Origin: Chiloscyllium plagiosum
Taxonomy: Eukaryota
Assembly: GCF_004010195.1 (NCBI RefSeq)
Contig: NC_057718.1
Span: 37,366,006-37,430,005 of the forward strand
DNA length: 64,000 nucleotides
Direction: 5' to 3'
The notes under the pieces were generated by a model. The model did no database searches, had not been told where the DNA came from, and worked only from the letters and a program-made list of their open reading frames with translations. Each line of letters begins with the position of its first letter. Position 1 is the stretch's first letter. Made by a program: the position numbers and the translations under genes. Shown here piece after piece: positions 52,069 to 64,000 of the stretch.

Positions 52069-52544
52069 CACCAGTTACAATAGCATTTTGTTAATGTTTC
52101 TTCAGGAACTGTCATTGTATTATTGTGAATGCTTAGCTACTTTCCACAAGCCATAAATATCTCAGGAGGGATCCTATGTTCACAGTTTGATTGACAGCTC
52201 AAAGAAGTTATTAAAAAAATAATCTTTATTGATCTGAAGTCCTGAGTGAAAGTTTGTTTGTTTCCTAAGTGAATAAGCACTTGAGATTTCAATGTTTTGA
52301 ATGGGCTTTCATGAATGTACATGTATTTTACCCACTGCACCGTAAGATCTCTTTTAGATGATTAGATCATTCTTCAATATTCTAATCAACTGATACCAGT
52401 ATTACTGCTAGAAATCTATTTAGAATGTTGGCAGGTGGATATTCAGTATTGGTTCTCTATCATCATCATCATGTTTCCCATGTGTCGAGGGTGAAACAAT
52501 TGGGTGGGAATCAAAATATGAGGCAGACTGTATCTTTCACTTTT

Positions 52545-53105
52545 AATGAATTCACGGGATGTGGGTTTTGCTGGCTAGGTCAGCAATTATCACCCATCCC
52601 TCATCACCCAGAAGGCAGTAAAGTGTCAACCACAATGCTGTGGGTCTGGAGTCACACTTAAGCCAAACCAGGTAAGGACAGCAGTTCCCTCCCGTAAATG
52701 ATGTTAGTGAACCAGATGCTTTTTTTTCTAACCATTAATAATAGTTCCCGGTCATCGTTATACCTTAAATCTGGATTTTTTATTCAACTTAACTTCTACC
52801 ATCTGCCATGGCAGGATTAAAATCTGGATCCCCACATCATTACCTGGGTCTCTGGATTAATACTGAAAATGTGTTGCTGGAAAAGCGCAGCAGGTCAGGC
52901 AGCATCCAAAGAGCAGGAGAATCGACGTTTCGGGCTGAGCCCTTCTTCAGGAATCATGAATCATGAATTCAGGAATCAGGATGCTCTTTGGATGCTGTCT
53001 GACCTGCTGCGCTTTTCCAGCAACACATTTTCAGCTCTGATCTCCAGCATCTGCAGTCCTCACTTTCTCCTCTCTGGATTAATAGTCTAGCAATAGTACC
53101 ATGAT
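52545..53105 (-). mobile_element. S1 SINE split by a PLE mini-insertion
   Basis: Tail at 52545-52600; body ccaggtaaggacagcagtt; head resumes 53071-53105. Confidence 0.8.
52863..53070. mobile_element. PLE family A inverted mini-insertion with intact hammerhead (52920-52954, minus)
   Basis: 52-bp inverted arms 52863-52914 / 52983-53034 (1 mismatch); 14-bp TSD TCTCTGGATTAATA at 52849-52862 and 53071-53084. Confidence 0.9.
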
Positions 53106-53514
53106 GTCAGCTACAAGCAACTCTCTCAAAACTTCTTTCTGAATAATGCAGCAATCCCTGCTTCGTGAATGCGACGTAGTTTAATATTTCATACTCTGTG
53201 AGAAAACTGCAGCCTGTTTAACCTTTGTAAGGGACTCAGAGGGTTCCAGATGCAAGGGAGTTGCCCACCAAAATCTCAAATTCCTAGGACATTCCCATGC
53301 AGTCAGTTGCATTAAGGATTCTACATGGTTCAATTTACAACTCCAGTATATGCTGTTCTTACAACCTATGTGGCCATCAGAATATCTGTGCCAAAAAATA
53401 AAAGGACATAACTATAGTCCGTTATGAAAATTTGCTCATGACCCTGATGAGGCAGTTGCTCACAATAATTAGAGTCTACCACATTCGGTAGAATTGAAAC
53501 TTCATCTGAAAAAT

Positions 53515-53720
53515 AAAGATTTCCATTTATATCATGCTTTCCATGACTACTGAATATCTCAAAATATTTTACAGTCAACGAAGTACTTTCAAAGTATCAT
53601 CATATTTAGAATGTGGGGAATGTTGTATATGAGTCTTAAAGGATTAATATCTGAAAGAGTGCCATTAACATTCTCCACTGTGGTACACTGAGATACAAAG
53701 TCAGTCTGAAGCAATCATTG
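53515..53720 (-). mobile_element. Degenerate DeuSINE-like copy
   Basis: ttttacagtcaacgaagtacttt tail motif and ...gtacactgag body motif. Confidence 0.45.
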
Positions 53721-54669
53721 GAGATGTCAAAATATTCTTGTAATCTGTATATTTTTTACAGCATTGCAATATAATTTCTTATTATTGACTTGATCTAATT
53801 CTTGAGATCTGTTCTAGTCAGAGCAAAGATGTCTCGTCTACATCAAACCACAACTGGCAGGAGTGGTTCCAAAATGGTGGTGACAGTTGGTAGCATTGGG
53901 TTCTTCAGCGAAACCCAAAGTGCTGAGGATGTGGTGACATCGAACCCATGAAGAAAATAATCATGACAGAATGGAATAAAAATGTCAGACCTAAAACAGA
54001 GAGGCCAAAGAAGCTCCAAGGCAAAGGAACAGGCTTCATTATGTGAGATTCAGTCTGCAAGACGGTCATTAGTCCACCCTTTTGCGTGAATGAACTAAAC
54101 AGTAATCAAAGACAAAAAAATACCGTGGAATAAGATGAAAGACTCTAATAGCAACACAGTAAAACTGGACTGAAAGATTCAAAATCCTTTGCAGTTCTGA
54201 TTGACACTGCTGCCATTACACATGGGAAACATGAGGCAAAAACAGAGTAAGATTTTCCTAAAGAGTTAGGCAAATGGACTCAGTATTTCTGCAAATTAAA
54301 TAAAGAAAATCCTTGTCTTGCAGAAAGATCTTTTCAAGGGGAAAGGAAACTGCAGCAAAAGTCATAGGAGCAAAGAAAACCTCTGTGACAGTGAAAGGAA
54401 TGGGAAAACCTCTAAGACTGCAAAAGTTAAAACAAAAATGAATAAGCATACATAGAAAGTAGAGAAAGGCATGGCATCCAAATTCTCACGAACAGAAAGA
54501 TTTAATTACAGAAATGGAGGAGACAACCTTTAAGGTACAGAATGGCCCCAAAGTTAGACAAGATTAAAACAGCACAAATTAATGCATCTCGTGACGCTGT
54601 TGTGATCATGGTAAAATACGAACTTTTACATTTCAAGTTCCACCTTCTGTGCCACAGGATCTTGTGCAT

Positions 54670-54850
54670 TTTTGCGACAGGGCATTTGAGACATCTGTTT
54701 AACGTCTCATCTGCACGACAACATCTCCACCAGTCTAGCATTCCTTCAGCAGTACAGAAAGTGTCCATATGAATTTTGTGTTCAAACTCTATAGTGAGAT
54801 TTGAAAGTGGTAGTTAGTGATTCAGAGACAATGGTGGATCACTGAGCTAT
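54670..54850 (-). mobile_element. DeuSINE (SacSINE1-like) 5' half
   Basis: gtttaacgtctcatctg...cattccttcagcagtac...ttttgtgttcaa...cactgagcta. Confidence 0.6.
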
Positions 54851-55513
54851 GTTTGACATCTTTGACATGTAGGCCAACTGGGCATTTGAGCGAGAGTCTA
54901 TTTTCCCCCAAAAGGCAATTAGTTAACCAGCATGATTCATTGATATTTATTTCTTCATCAATAATCATTAGATTTATTGAATTCAATTTCATCACTTGCC
55001 ATAGTAGGATACATAGCTATGGATCTGGACTCGTGGTGGCTGGAGGAGGCTAGCAGCAGCAATCAGTTTGAAATTGTTGGTAAGTAACAAATGCATGCAT
55101 GAAATTAAATATGCTAGCTTGAAATTGGAGTTATTTCCATATTGCCAGTAGGCTACTAATGCCTCTATGCAATATTCAGCCATTCACAGCTTTCAAAAAT
55201 GTCCTGGTCAAAGGAAGAGGGCACCTGGTTGATAATGACGAAGAAAACTATAGACTATAGGAAGACATCAATGAATTAGTTGGGTTTGGTGGAACAGAAT
55301 TCAGTTCAGAGAAGTGTGAGGTAACACATTCGATGAAGGCTAAAAATACAAGGGAATACATGGAGCGGCACAATGGCCTCACAGAGCCAGGGGCCTAGGT
55401 TCAATTCGGGCAACTGTCTGTGTGGAGTTTGCAAGTTCTACCTGTGCCTGCGTGAGTTTCTTCCGGATACTCCGGTTTCCTCCCACAGTCCAAAGATGTG
55501 TAGACTAGGTGGA

Positions 55514-56367
55514 CAAAGTTAAAAATCACACAACACCGGGTTATAGTCCAACAGGTTTAATTGGAAGCACACTAGCTTTCGGAGCGACGCTCCTTCATCA
55601 GGTGATTGTGGAGGGCTCGATCATAACACAGAATTTATAGCAAAAATTTGCAGTGTGATGTAACTGAAATTATACATTGAAGAATTGATTGTCTGTTGAG
55701 CCTTTCATCTGTTAGAATACAGTGATAGTTTCACTTCTTTCATGTGTAAGTCACAAAACCCTTTTTTTAAAGTTGCATTCTCGGGTTAGCTGTTAACAAT
55801 GGTGATAGCTAGACGATGTGTTGAAGGTGTTAGCCCCCTGTGTTCTCTGTCTATGACCTGATGTTTAGATTGATTCCAATCTAAAAAGTGAAATAACAGA
55901 GTTTTACATAAATTCATGCAGTCTTTGAGCTCAGAGTTCAACATGAATCAATGTGGTTTTTGAGCAAAGTGCAATATAACTTCGTACCAAAAAAATTCAC
56001 CACACACAATATATATGTGTGCATGTGGGTCTTTGTCTGTCTGTGTGTCTGTCTGGGGTGGGGGTTATGAGTGTGAGAAAGTGTGTGTGTGTATTGAGTG
56101 CAGAGTGTCTTAAGTCTGTGAGGGGGTGCATGTGTGGGAATGTGTGTGTCTAGTGTGTGTGTGTGTAGGAATATCTGTGTGTGTGTGTGTGTAGTGCAAT
56201 GGTGATCACCTGTAATGTGACATGAACCCAAGGTCCCAGTTGAGGCCCTCCCTATGGGTATCGAACTTAGCTATCAGCCTCTGCTCAGCCACTTTCCTCT
56301 GCTGCCTGTCCCAAAGTCCACCTTGGAGGATGGTTACCCGAAGGTCCGAGGCTGAATGTCCTGGACC
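55514..56367 (-). mobile_element. PLE family B 3' fragment (GIY-YIG C-terminus plus pseudo-LTR)
   Basis: GHSASDLRVTILQGGLWDRQQRKVAEQRLIAKFDTHREGLNWDLGFMSHYR*; 7-bp TSD AGGTGGA at 55507-55513 and 56368-56374. Confidence 0.88.
55570..55604 (-). ncRNA. Minimal hammerhead ribozyme (PLE family B)
   Basis: CAC-CTGATGA-A-GGAGC-GTC-GCTCC-GAAA-GC-TA-GTG: stem I CAC/GTG, 5-bp stem II, CUA triplet. Confidence 0.8.
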
Positions 56368-57014
56368 AGGTGGATTAGCCACAGGAAATGTGGGTTACGG
56401 GGATAGGGTGGGATGCCTTCGATGGGATCAATGGGCCAAATAGCGCCTTTCTGCACTGTAGAGATTTTATGCTGGAAAGATTAGAGGAACAGAAGGTATA
56501 TGTCTCCAGATCCTTGAAAGATGCTGAACAGTCAGAAAAGGTCGTCAAGAGTCATACGGCATGCTTGGTTTTTTTTAATCTGAGGTACATAATAGATATT
56601 CCCTCATCAGCCTGATCACAGATGTATAAGAACGGGTAGGTTACACTGCAACTGTGCAAAGCAGCTGAATTATAGTTCTTATACCATAGCTGTCGTTGCA
56701 CTAGAGAGGGTAGAGAGGAGATTTACAAGGACATTGCCTGGACTGGAGAATTTTGAGCAAAGCTTTAATATCCTCTGCCTGTTTTCTTTGTCACAGAAAA
56801 GGCTAAGCAGAGAGTGAATTGGACTATATAACCTTATGAGAGGTCTGAAAAAATTGATAGGAAGGTCCTATTACCCCTAATTGAGAGGTTCATCATCAGA
56901 CCCATAGATTTTTGTGAGAATTCAGAGGTTTAGACATGATTTGACTGGGGATTTTTCCACAGAGAAGGTGATGAAGTCTGGAACTCTCAAATGTAAGAGA
57001 TGATAAAAGAAGAA

Positions 57015-57820
57015 ATTCATCTACAAGACATAAGTCAGGAATGTGATAGAATCCTTTCCAATTGGCTAGATGACTGAAGCTCCAACACATTCAAGAAGCT
57101 TATATGAGGATAAGATGGCTCAGTCAATTGGCACCCATCCACCATAAAAAATGTGCACTCCTTTCACCACTGACATAAAGTAGTAGTGTCCAAAGTGGAG
57201 AAGGCGCATTTGGGAAGGTATCGAGCACCTCGAGACTTGCCGCTGGGAAAAAGCAGAAGCCAAGCAAAAGCAATGTAAGAAGCAGGCCAGCAAACTGATG
57301 CCCCACCCATCCGTTCCCACAATCACCTTTTGCCCTAAGTGTGGCAGAGTCTATGGAAGCTGCATCAGACTGTACAGCTACCTACCACTGTGAGAGTGAA
57401 AGAGAATCACCCTCGTCTGCAAGGGACCGCCAATGATATGATGACAGCAACAGTCATGTGTGCTATCTAAAAGAATCACTGCAGCACCCTTGCCAAGGCT
57501 CTTTCAGCAGCATCTTTCAAACCCACAACCTCCACCACCAAGATGGACATGGGTAGGAGATGCACAGGAGCACACCATCTGCAAGTGCCCCAGCGACCCA
57601 GACACACTCAGACTTGGAACCATATCATTGCAACATTAATGTTGCAAGGTCAAAATCCCAGAACTCCCTCCCTAACAATGTTGTCAGTGTTCCTACACCC
57701 CAAGGACTACAGCTGTTCAAGAAGGCAGCTCACCACTGCCTACTTCAGAGCAATTAGAAATGGGCAATAAATGCTGGCCCACCAATTGACACCCACACCC
57801 TTTGTGAAATTAAAAAAAAA
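57015..57820 (+). mobile_element. 3' fragment of the S1-partner LINE with complete tail
   Basis: Aligns to 40650-41066 and ends gcaattagaaatgggcaataaatgctggccc...poly(A). Confidence 0.85.
57187..57445 (+). mobile_element. RTE-clade LINE 3' fragment nested in the LINE
   Basis: KWRRRIWEGIEHLE...KAEAKQKQCK...FCPKCGRVYGSCIRLYSY zinc-finger-like end; (TGA)-like tail. Confidence 0.75.
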
Positions 57821-60800
57821 ACATTTTGAGTTAAAGGTAATCTGGTATCTGAATAAAAAAAATCTCAGGCCTCTAATGGTAAATTAAACTTATTTTTGAC
57901 ATTGCTTTTAAAGGTCATGCAATGCACAGTCACATTTGTGACATTTGCTCAACATTAACACTATAGCTCTGAAATGTAGCCAGTCTCAAACATACGTATT
58001 GCAGTTTAGAATATGACAAAAACCACAATATAGGTTGCAGAATTTATTTACTTTTGGACGAAATCTCCAGGGTTTAGGAAATTAATCTAAAGAAAGTGGC
58101 TGATTAGATATGATTAAATAATCAAATTAAATATGATTATTTAATTTGGGAATTAGATAAGAAATTATTTTTCTGGGATTCTGCAGACAGAGTAGGTTTA
58201 AACTCTTGGATTCCTATTAAAGATGATTCTAAAGATTAGGTTCAGAATGTCAGATAGTAATTAAAACCTTGAGGTTATCCAGGCTGTCTCCACAGGACTC
58301 CTCGGGGCCATAAGGACAGAACCAGCTGTAAGTATATGTCTGGATCAACGTGAAGCCAGAAATCCCAACTGCTGTGGAGAAATGATGTGTTTGTTTGTCA
58401 CACTAGGAGGTTGTCATCAGCCCAGTATGAGGCTATCCCTCCCAAGAACAAGAGATGAATCAAATGCTAATGATCACAAAATCAAGCAGCCTTACAATAA
58501 GAGAGCCCATGCAGTTCAAATTGCTAACTGAGTAAAGCTTTTAACACACATTTTCAGCAACACAATTAACCAACAAAAGGTTGATGTGCTATAAGTGATC
58601 AAAGGACCCGGTTCCATCAAAGATTGCTGTTACACTGAGCTGTTCTAATTTTCAATGATTTTCAATGTTGTGCTGGTGTCATCATGGTAGATGTTAGAAT
58701 GGCTCAAACATAGGAGTAATTTTTATTACTTTCATGAAAAAAAGAACATTGTTCTGATTAAATAATGTTTGTTAAATTCTATAAATTTGGTGTTAAACAA
58801 ATTGCCAGCACCAGTTTCTGCAATAAGAATTTTACCTGCACTTTGTGCAAGAACAATTCCTTTTGAAGACATTCCTGGTCACATTCCTATTAGTTAATCT
58901 CCTGCTGCAGAGAAAGCAACAAACCTTGGGGGTGGTGGGGTGGAGTGGGGGTGGGGGGGTGCATAGAGAGAGGCTGAAGAAACTGCAACTGACTGAAAGA
59001 GTAGATCAGAAATTCCGACAGTTGGATAATCAGTCATGCAGGGTAAGTGAGCATCAGGACCATGCAGAGACCCTAATACAGTTGCCTCTGCAAGAATTGT
59101 CCAGAACATTTAAAATTCCATTCAGGAAATTATCAGATGTCTGGAACCCTCACAGTCAGTGATATTGGACAGCTCTGACTCACTTCAGCTCACTGGGAAA
59201 AGTTACAGGATTAAAAACCCAATCTCACTATTGGGTAACTGATAAACCAAAGACCCATTTTATCACTGACCCACCCAACACCTTTGGGCCCTGCAAAAGT
59301 AGCTTCCCCCCAATGTCTGACACCATTTTGCCCCACATGTTTGCCACCCCAACCCTCCCTGACCTTGCTGGGCTCCTGACACCACATTTTCTCAACCTCC
59401 CTTAAACACCCAACTATCTACCCAACATCCTAACCCCCTCACTTAGCTGTTAGTCTATTCCCGAACTACTGGATATACCACAGCCCTCACCCACCTCACC
59501 AAACAACCCGCACTCATCTTAGATGCTTACCTTTTCTCAATAATTGTCAAAGTGCCTGCAGGACATTTAAACTGAAGAGTATAGCACCTTAACTGCAGTG
59601 AAAGGGGAGGGGTTTTGATGAAGCTTCTCTCTGCTGCTGGCTGCGATGTTTCCAGGATTGGTCACTGCATAATGGAAGGTTACTGTCCAGGAAATGCAAG
59701 GGCGAGACTGAACAAAATGGCAATCAGCGTGGACTTTTTGTGTCTGATTAGGGCGAGAGACAGTGTCTGATTGGAAAATCTCAGCCATATATTTTCTCAC
59801 CCCGACCTTGGCAATGACGAGACGACAGGCTGAGTGAAGAGGCCAGTCAGTTCCAGAAATCCTTCATAAAATTTACAAATAAGCATATTTTTAAGGCGGC
59901 AATGATTCTCTCTCCCCTCTCCATTAGGAGTGGTGACATTGACAGACAGCATGGCATCTAAGATGGAGTATTGAGTCAGAATGGGAAGTAATGCAGAAAA
60001 CAGACCCTGCTGGAATCTCCACAGCACACATACACACACACACAGCACTTGAAACAATTTTAAAAATCTTGGGATAAGAATCAGACTTCAGTGTGTAAAT
60101 GTTTCCAGTGCAAAACAGAGATTATTACATGCTCCTGTGCTCCAGTACATAATCCTACACCAGAGATCACTTCTAAGGGTAGGTTTTCCAAATGTGAACT
60201 CCCAGTGGAAGCAGAAGAGTGCAAAATTGATCCCTCATCATGGGGCCCCAGATCAAAAGTATGTGAAAACAGTAAGGGGTGGGCAATAGAGACAGCTGAA
60301 GGCAGGGGCAGGGCGGAGGCTGTCAGTGTTGCCCTTCCTACCTTCTCAATACTGGGTTCCCTGATTGGGCATAGAGTGCACCAGTAAATTGTGTTAGGGC
60401 TCAAGAGACAATAAGCTCATGATTGACATCCGGCTGAGAATCCAGTATCAGCCCTTTCTGATTTAATTGGAGGAGGTTTTTCTGTCACTAGGGGATGGAC
60501 ACAGGACCCCTCCTACAATTAAGTGGGTCCAGCCGCTATAGTTGCCACTGCCTTGAACTGCATTAAACCCAGCCCTCTATCTCCACTCTCGTGCTTGACA
60601 GCCAGCCACCGTGAGGAGATTATGATTCTGCGAGCTGATATGGTCATCAACCCTATTTTATCATCACTGCTGGAAAGTGTTTGACCTCCTCCCGGAAAAG
60701 GCTTTGAAAGAAGTTATTTTGATTTCCCCTCAGTATGAATGTGGCACCTGGCATGAAAAAAATACAGAACACATGAAAACATTTGGAACGAGGAATGAAA

Positions 60801-63800
60801 ATATGGAAAATTATACAAAACCACTAAAAGGGGCTATGTTTCCTTAGCCCATTGCTGCCTGTGTAGCAATAAGACATGTACATTGTTCATGGCAGGCAGG
60901 ACTTTAAACACAGTAAACTTAGAATGAAGCATGAAAGATTGAATGGCTTTGACACGTTGCAGTTCCTGATCAAAACATTTGCTGTGCAGATGAAAGCCAG
61001 GCTCTTATTCAATACTGACCACAAAAAGGATTTATTCCATTTCTACACCAACAAAACCCTCCAAAATACACCAGTTAAAAAAAACACACTCAAATCAAGT
61101 GAAATAAACTTACAATATGAAGAGAAAGTTCAAATATCTGATGGACACTCAATCCACTCTTGAGATATACTGAGTCGTGATGGAAATTGTTTCAAACGTC
61201 CGGTCATGTATCGCCCTCTGGCTATTAACTCTTGGGTTACTAGGTTTTGCTTTAAGTAGCTAATTTTATTTTAATTTCTGGTCTTTCAAGTCCTTCAGTA
61301 TTGCAGATACAGCTATATTCCCATGCTGACATTCATTTTAGTTCTTGATTTTTGACAATGCCAGTTCACAACTGGCTGGTAAAACAGGGGAAAGATGACT
61401 GACTGTGTGATTTCCCAAATATTTTGTTAATATATGCACATCATAAAGTTATTTTAGGCTTTTCAGCCTTTGCAGTAGAAACATACACACTATTTTAATC
61501 TGAACAGTGCAGCAAGACAACCTGACCACCATTAAAGGGAGAACGTGACCACTTTGAAATTCTCTGACATGGAGTCTACACTGAACGAGGTCTTTAGCAA
61601 ATTCATAGCTACCATGATGAATGTTAACGCTGTGGTTGTGAAGCTCCAGCCTTGTATGGGGAAAACATAAATCAGGCCCATTCAAACCCGAGTTTGTCTC
61701 CAAACCTTATTCCCACAATATTTCTTTCTAAGGCACACAGACAATGACGGATCAGGCTTTGTGAGCTGTGATGCAATGCGAGAGCACTATGAGCGGAGTG
61801 TGAGTTCAGAAGTGAGCTCGTGGTAATATCCAGTCATTTCTTAGAGATAACAGCCCCACTCCCAAAACTGATCTTATGTTCTTTAAACCTCATGTTTCTA
61901 TACCCCCCACTCTATTTACCTTCCATACTCCAATGCCCCCTCTTCTAAATTCTCCTTTGCCCTCACCATGTTCCCACTTTCTCCCCATATCCCCCATGTA
62001 TCCTCAAATGCTAACCCCTCCCTCCCACCATTATAGCAATATGTCAGGGTGTATTTAAAATAGAGATTGAATAAATAAACTAACCTAACAGGTCTGTCTT
62101 TACAACTCACTTCATGTTGAAAAACACTGTCATTATCTAAAACTACTAAAAAAAATGAAATTCCCTCAGTTTGTCAATCTGTTGTAAAACCAGTTATTCA
62201 TTTACGATGTCAAAAACAGATAGCCTTTTAATAACCATCAATCATAACGCAAACGCAGTTTATGTTAAGGTTATGTGGTTCAAAACCTTTAGAAATTCAC
62301 CCAAACCTTCATAATGGGCTCAGCTGTAATGTGCTCAGTCCTCAGTCCTGACATTAAAAAGGTTAATGGCTTTTTCCTAAGCCAAACACATCCTATCAAT
62401 CAAAGTTGTCCAGGAGTAAATGGCTGCTATTTTTCTCTAAAAGGTTTTCTTTTAACTTTAAACTTTCTAGGCATTTAAAACACTTTGGATCATAATATTA
62501 GAATACTCAAGCCCTGTTTTCTTCAGTCTTGAATGCATAAGAGCATTTTACCCAACGGCAAAAGTGGCCTTTTACATTTCAACACTTAATCAATGCTGTT
62601 CAGTGTAATGGTCAGGCAGAGGCCTATAAAGAACTGTTGCAGTTGGAATACATCTACATGATAATACAATACATAATAGTAACATTTGAAGTTGTCAGAC
62701 CATTTAACGTGAACATATCAAAATGTTCCTCAGCAACTTTCCCAGTGAACACACACTCTCCAATGAGATGTGTTTTTAGGGCTTCCAAACTCACACCAGG
62801 ACTCAAACATAGTTAAAAGGTAAGAAGTTTAAATTACTTACAGGACTTGTGATAAAAGTGTGCAGGATCATGATCCAAAGTCTTCAAGTCAGGTAAAAAG
62901 GGCACCCAAATGGGATCGGAAAAACCCTGCAATGTAAATGGATCATTCATGTGCCCATTCCCACACCTATCATCAGAGGAAAATTTGGCTGTGTGAATTC
63001 CAGTTCTCAGTAACATGGCTTGTGTGGATTCACAAACTTGAGAACACCTTCACATAGAACTTCAGTAGTTTCTTTACTATGCGGCTTTCAGCTAATAAAG
63101 ATCTCTTAACAATTTGCTGCAGGATGAAGGAATTACTTTAGCTGCTAGGAAAAGAGCATTCCCATGAATGATCCTTCACCAGTGATCACCAATGAGTAGC
63201 ACTGTCATTGAACAGTAATTCTTCTTACTCATGAATGCAGCTGTGGTCGAGGCAATGACAAGGGTACAAGGAATGGAACCTACACTGATCAGAATCTTAC
63301 CGTGTCTTGAAAAGGAAGGTGTTTCCACAAAATAGATTTACTCATTAATCTTGCTAAATAAAAATGTATATCTGACTTCATGAGATAATTGTGAATGGAA
63401 TGTTGGGAGCTGTGACACAGTTCTCTTCCAGCTGTAACCTTGACAGCTCTGGGCTGCAGGACCCTGCATCATTTGAGAGTCTTGACCTGTGCAGGAAGAT
63501 TCAGCTCTGAGAGACTGGGCCTGGATCTAACTGGCAACATAAGGATAGCATCTCTGCAATGACTCATCTGATCCTTCACCACTTCCTCATTTTTAACCTA
63601 TATCCTGAACCATTTGACACACAAGAGATTTCACTAAAAGTTTCAGCTGTACAAACAGTTCTGAATAAAAGACAGTTATCAACTTTGAACTGTTGTCAAG
63701 CAGGCGCCAAAAAATTTCTCTAAGTTCTTATGTGCCGAAGGCCAAAATAGCACAGAAACACTTGGAAAGTTCTTTTTGTATCAGGAGCAACACACTGCGA

Positions 63801-63837
63801 GAGGGTGGCTAGCAAAGTGTTGGAACTCGTTCGGATG

Positions 63838-64000
63838 GGTGGCACGATGGATCAGTGGTTAGTACTGCTGCTTCACAGCACCAGGGACCCAGAGCTCGAT
63901 CCCAGCCTCGGGCTAATGTCTGTGTGGTGTTTGTCCATTCTCCCTGTGTCTGCATGGGTTTGCTCCAGTTTCCTCCCACAGTCCAAACATGTGCAGGTTA
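63838..64000 (+). mobile_element. HE1-like V-SINE 5' part (runs off window edge)
   Basis: ggtggcacgatggatcagtggttagtactgctgc...ctgtgtggtgtttgtccattctcc. Confidence 0.88.

Larger units (their letters stand above)
55361..56470 (+). mobile_element. HE1-like V-SINE split by a PLE, itself inside a CR1 fragment (about 55200-57000)
   Basis: V domain 55413-55500; tail resumes at 56368. Confidence 0.75.

Noticed and set aside
53850..54450. Possible degenerate Gypsy integrase on the plus strand
   Set aside because: Only vague motif resemblance; not supportable without a profile search
61208..61225. CTCF-like motif CCAGAGGGCG (minus)
   Set aside because: Partial single match, expected by chance in 64 kb
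1..64000. CRISPR array or prokaryotic operon
   Set aside because: No regularly spaced repeat-spacer units or gene-dense organisation; the sequence is eukaryotic repeat-rich DNA

Overview
Vertebrate nuclear DNA, almost certainly from a shark or other elasmobranch, inferred from HE1-like V-SINEs and HER1/CR1-type LINE tails. The window is intronic or intergenic and dominated by repeats; no host protein-coding gene could be identified with confidence. It contains many CR1 fragments (one near-full ORF2 relic at 12.1-16.9 kb), L2 and RTE fragments, several tRNA-derived SINE families, a decayed Ty3/Gypsy element, several PIF/Harbinger relics (nuclease and Myb/SANT genes) and a Tc1/mariner-type MITE. 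It also holds about 15 Penelope-like element (PLE) pieces whose pseudo-LTRs carry minimal hammerhead ribozyme cores. Most notable: (1) a LINE with a tRNA-like (Pol III A/B box) head whose 5' and 3' ends together make up the most common SINE here; (2) short, TSD-flanked, hammerhead-bearing PLE mini-insertions from three families; (3) a 250-bp local copy that starts about 6 nt from a predicted ribozyme cut site; (4) a PLE composite enclosing tail-less CR1 fragments. Family assignments come from manual motif recognition, not database searches, and boundaries of old elements are approximate.
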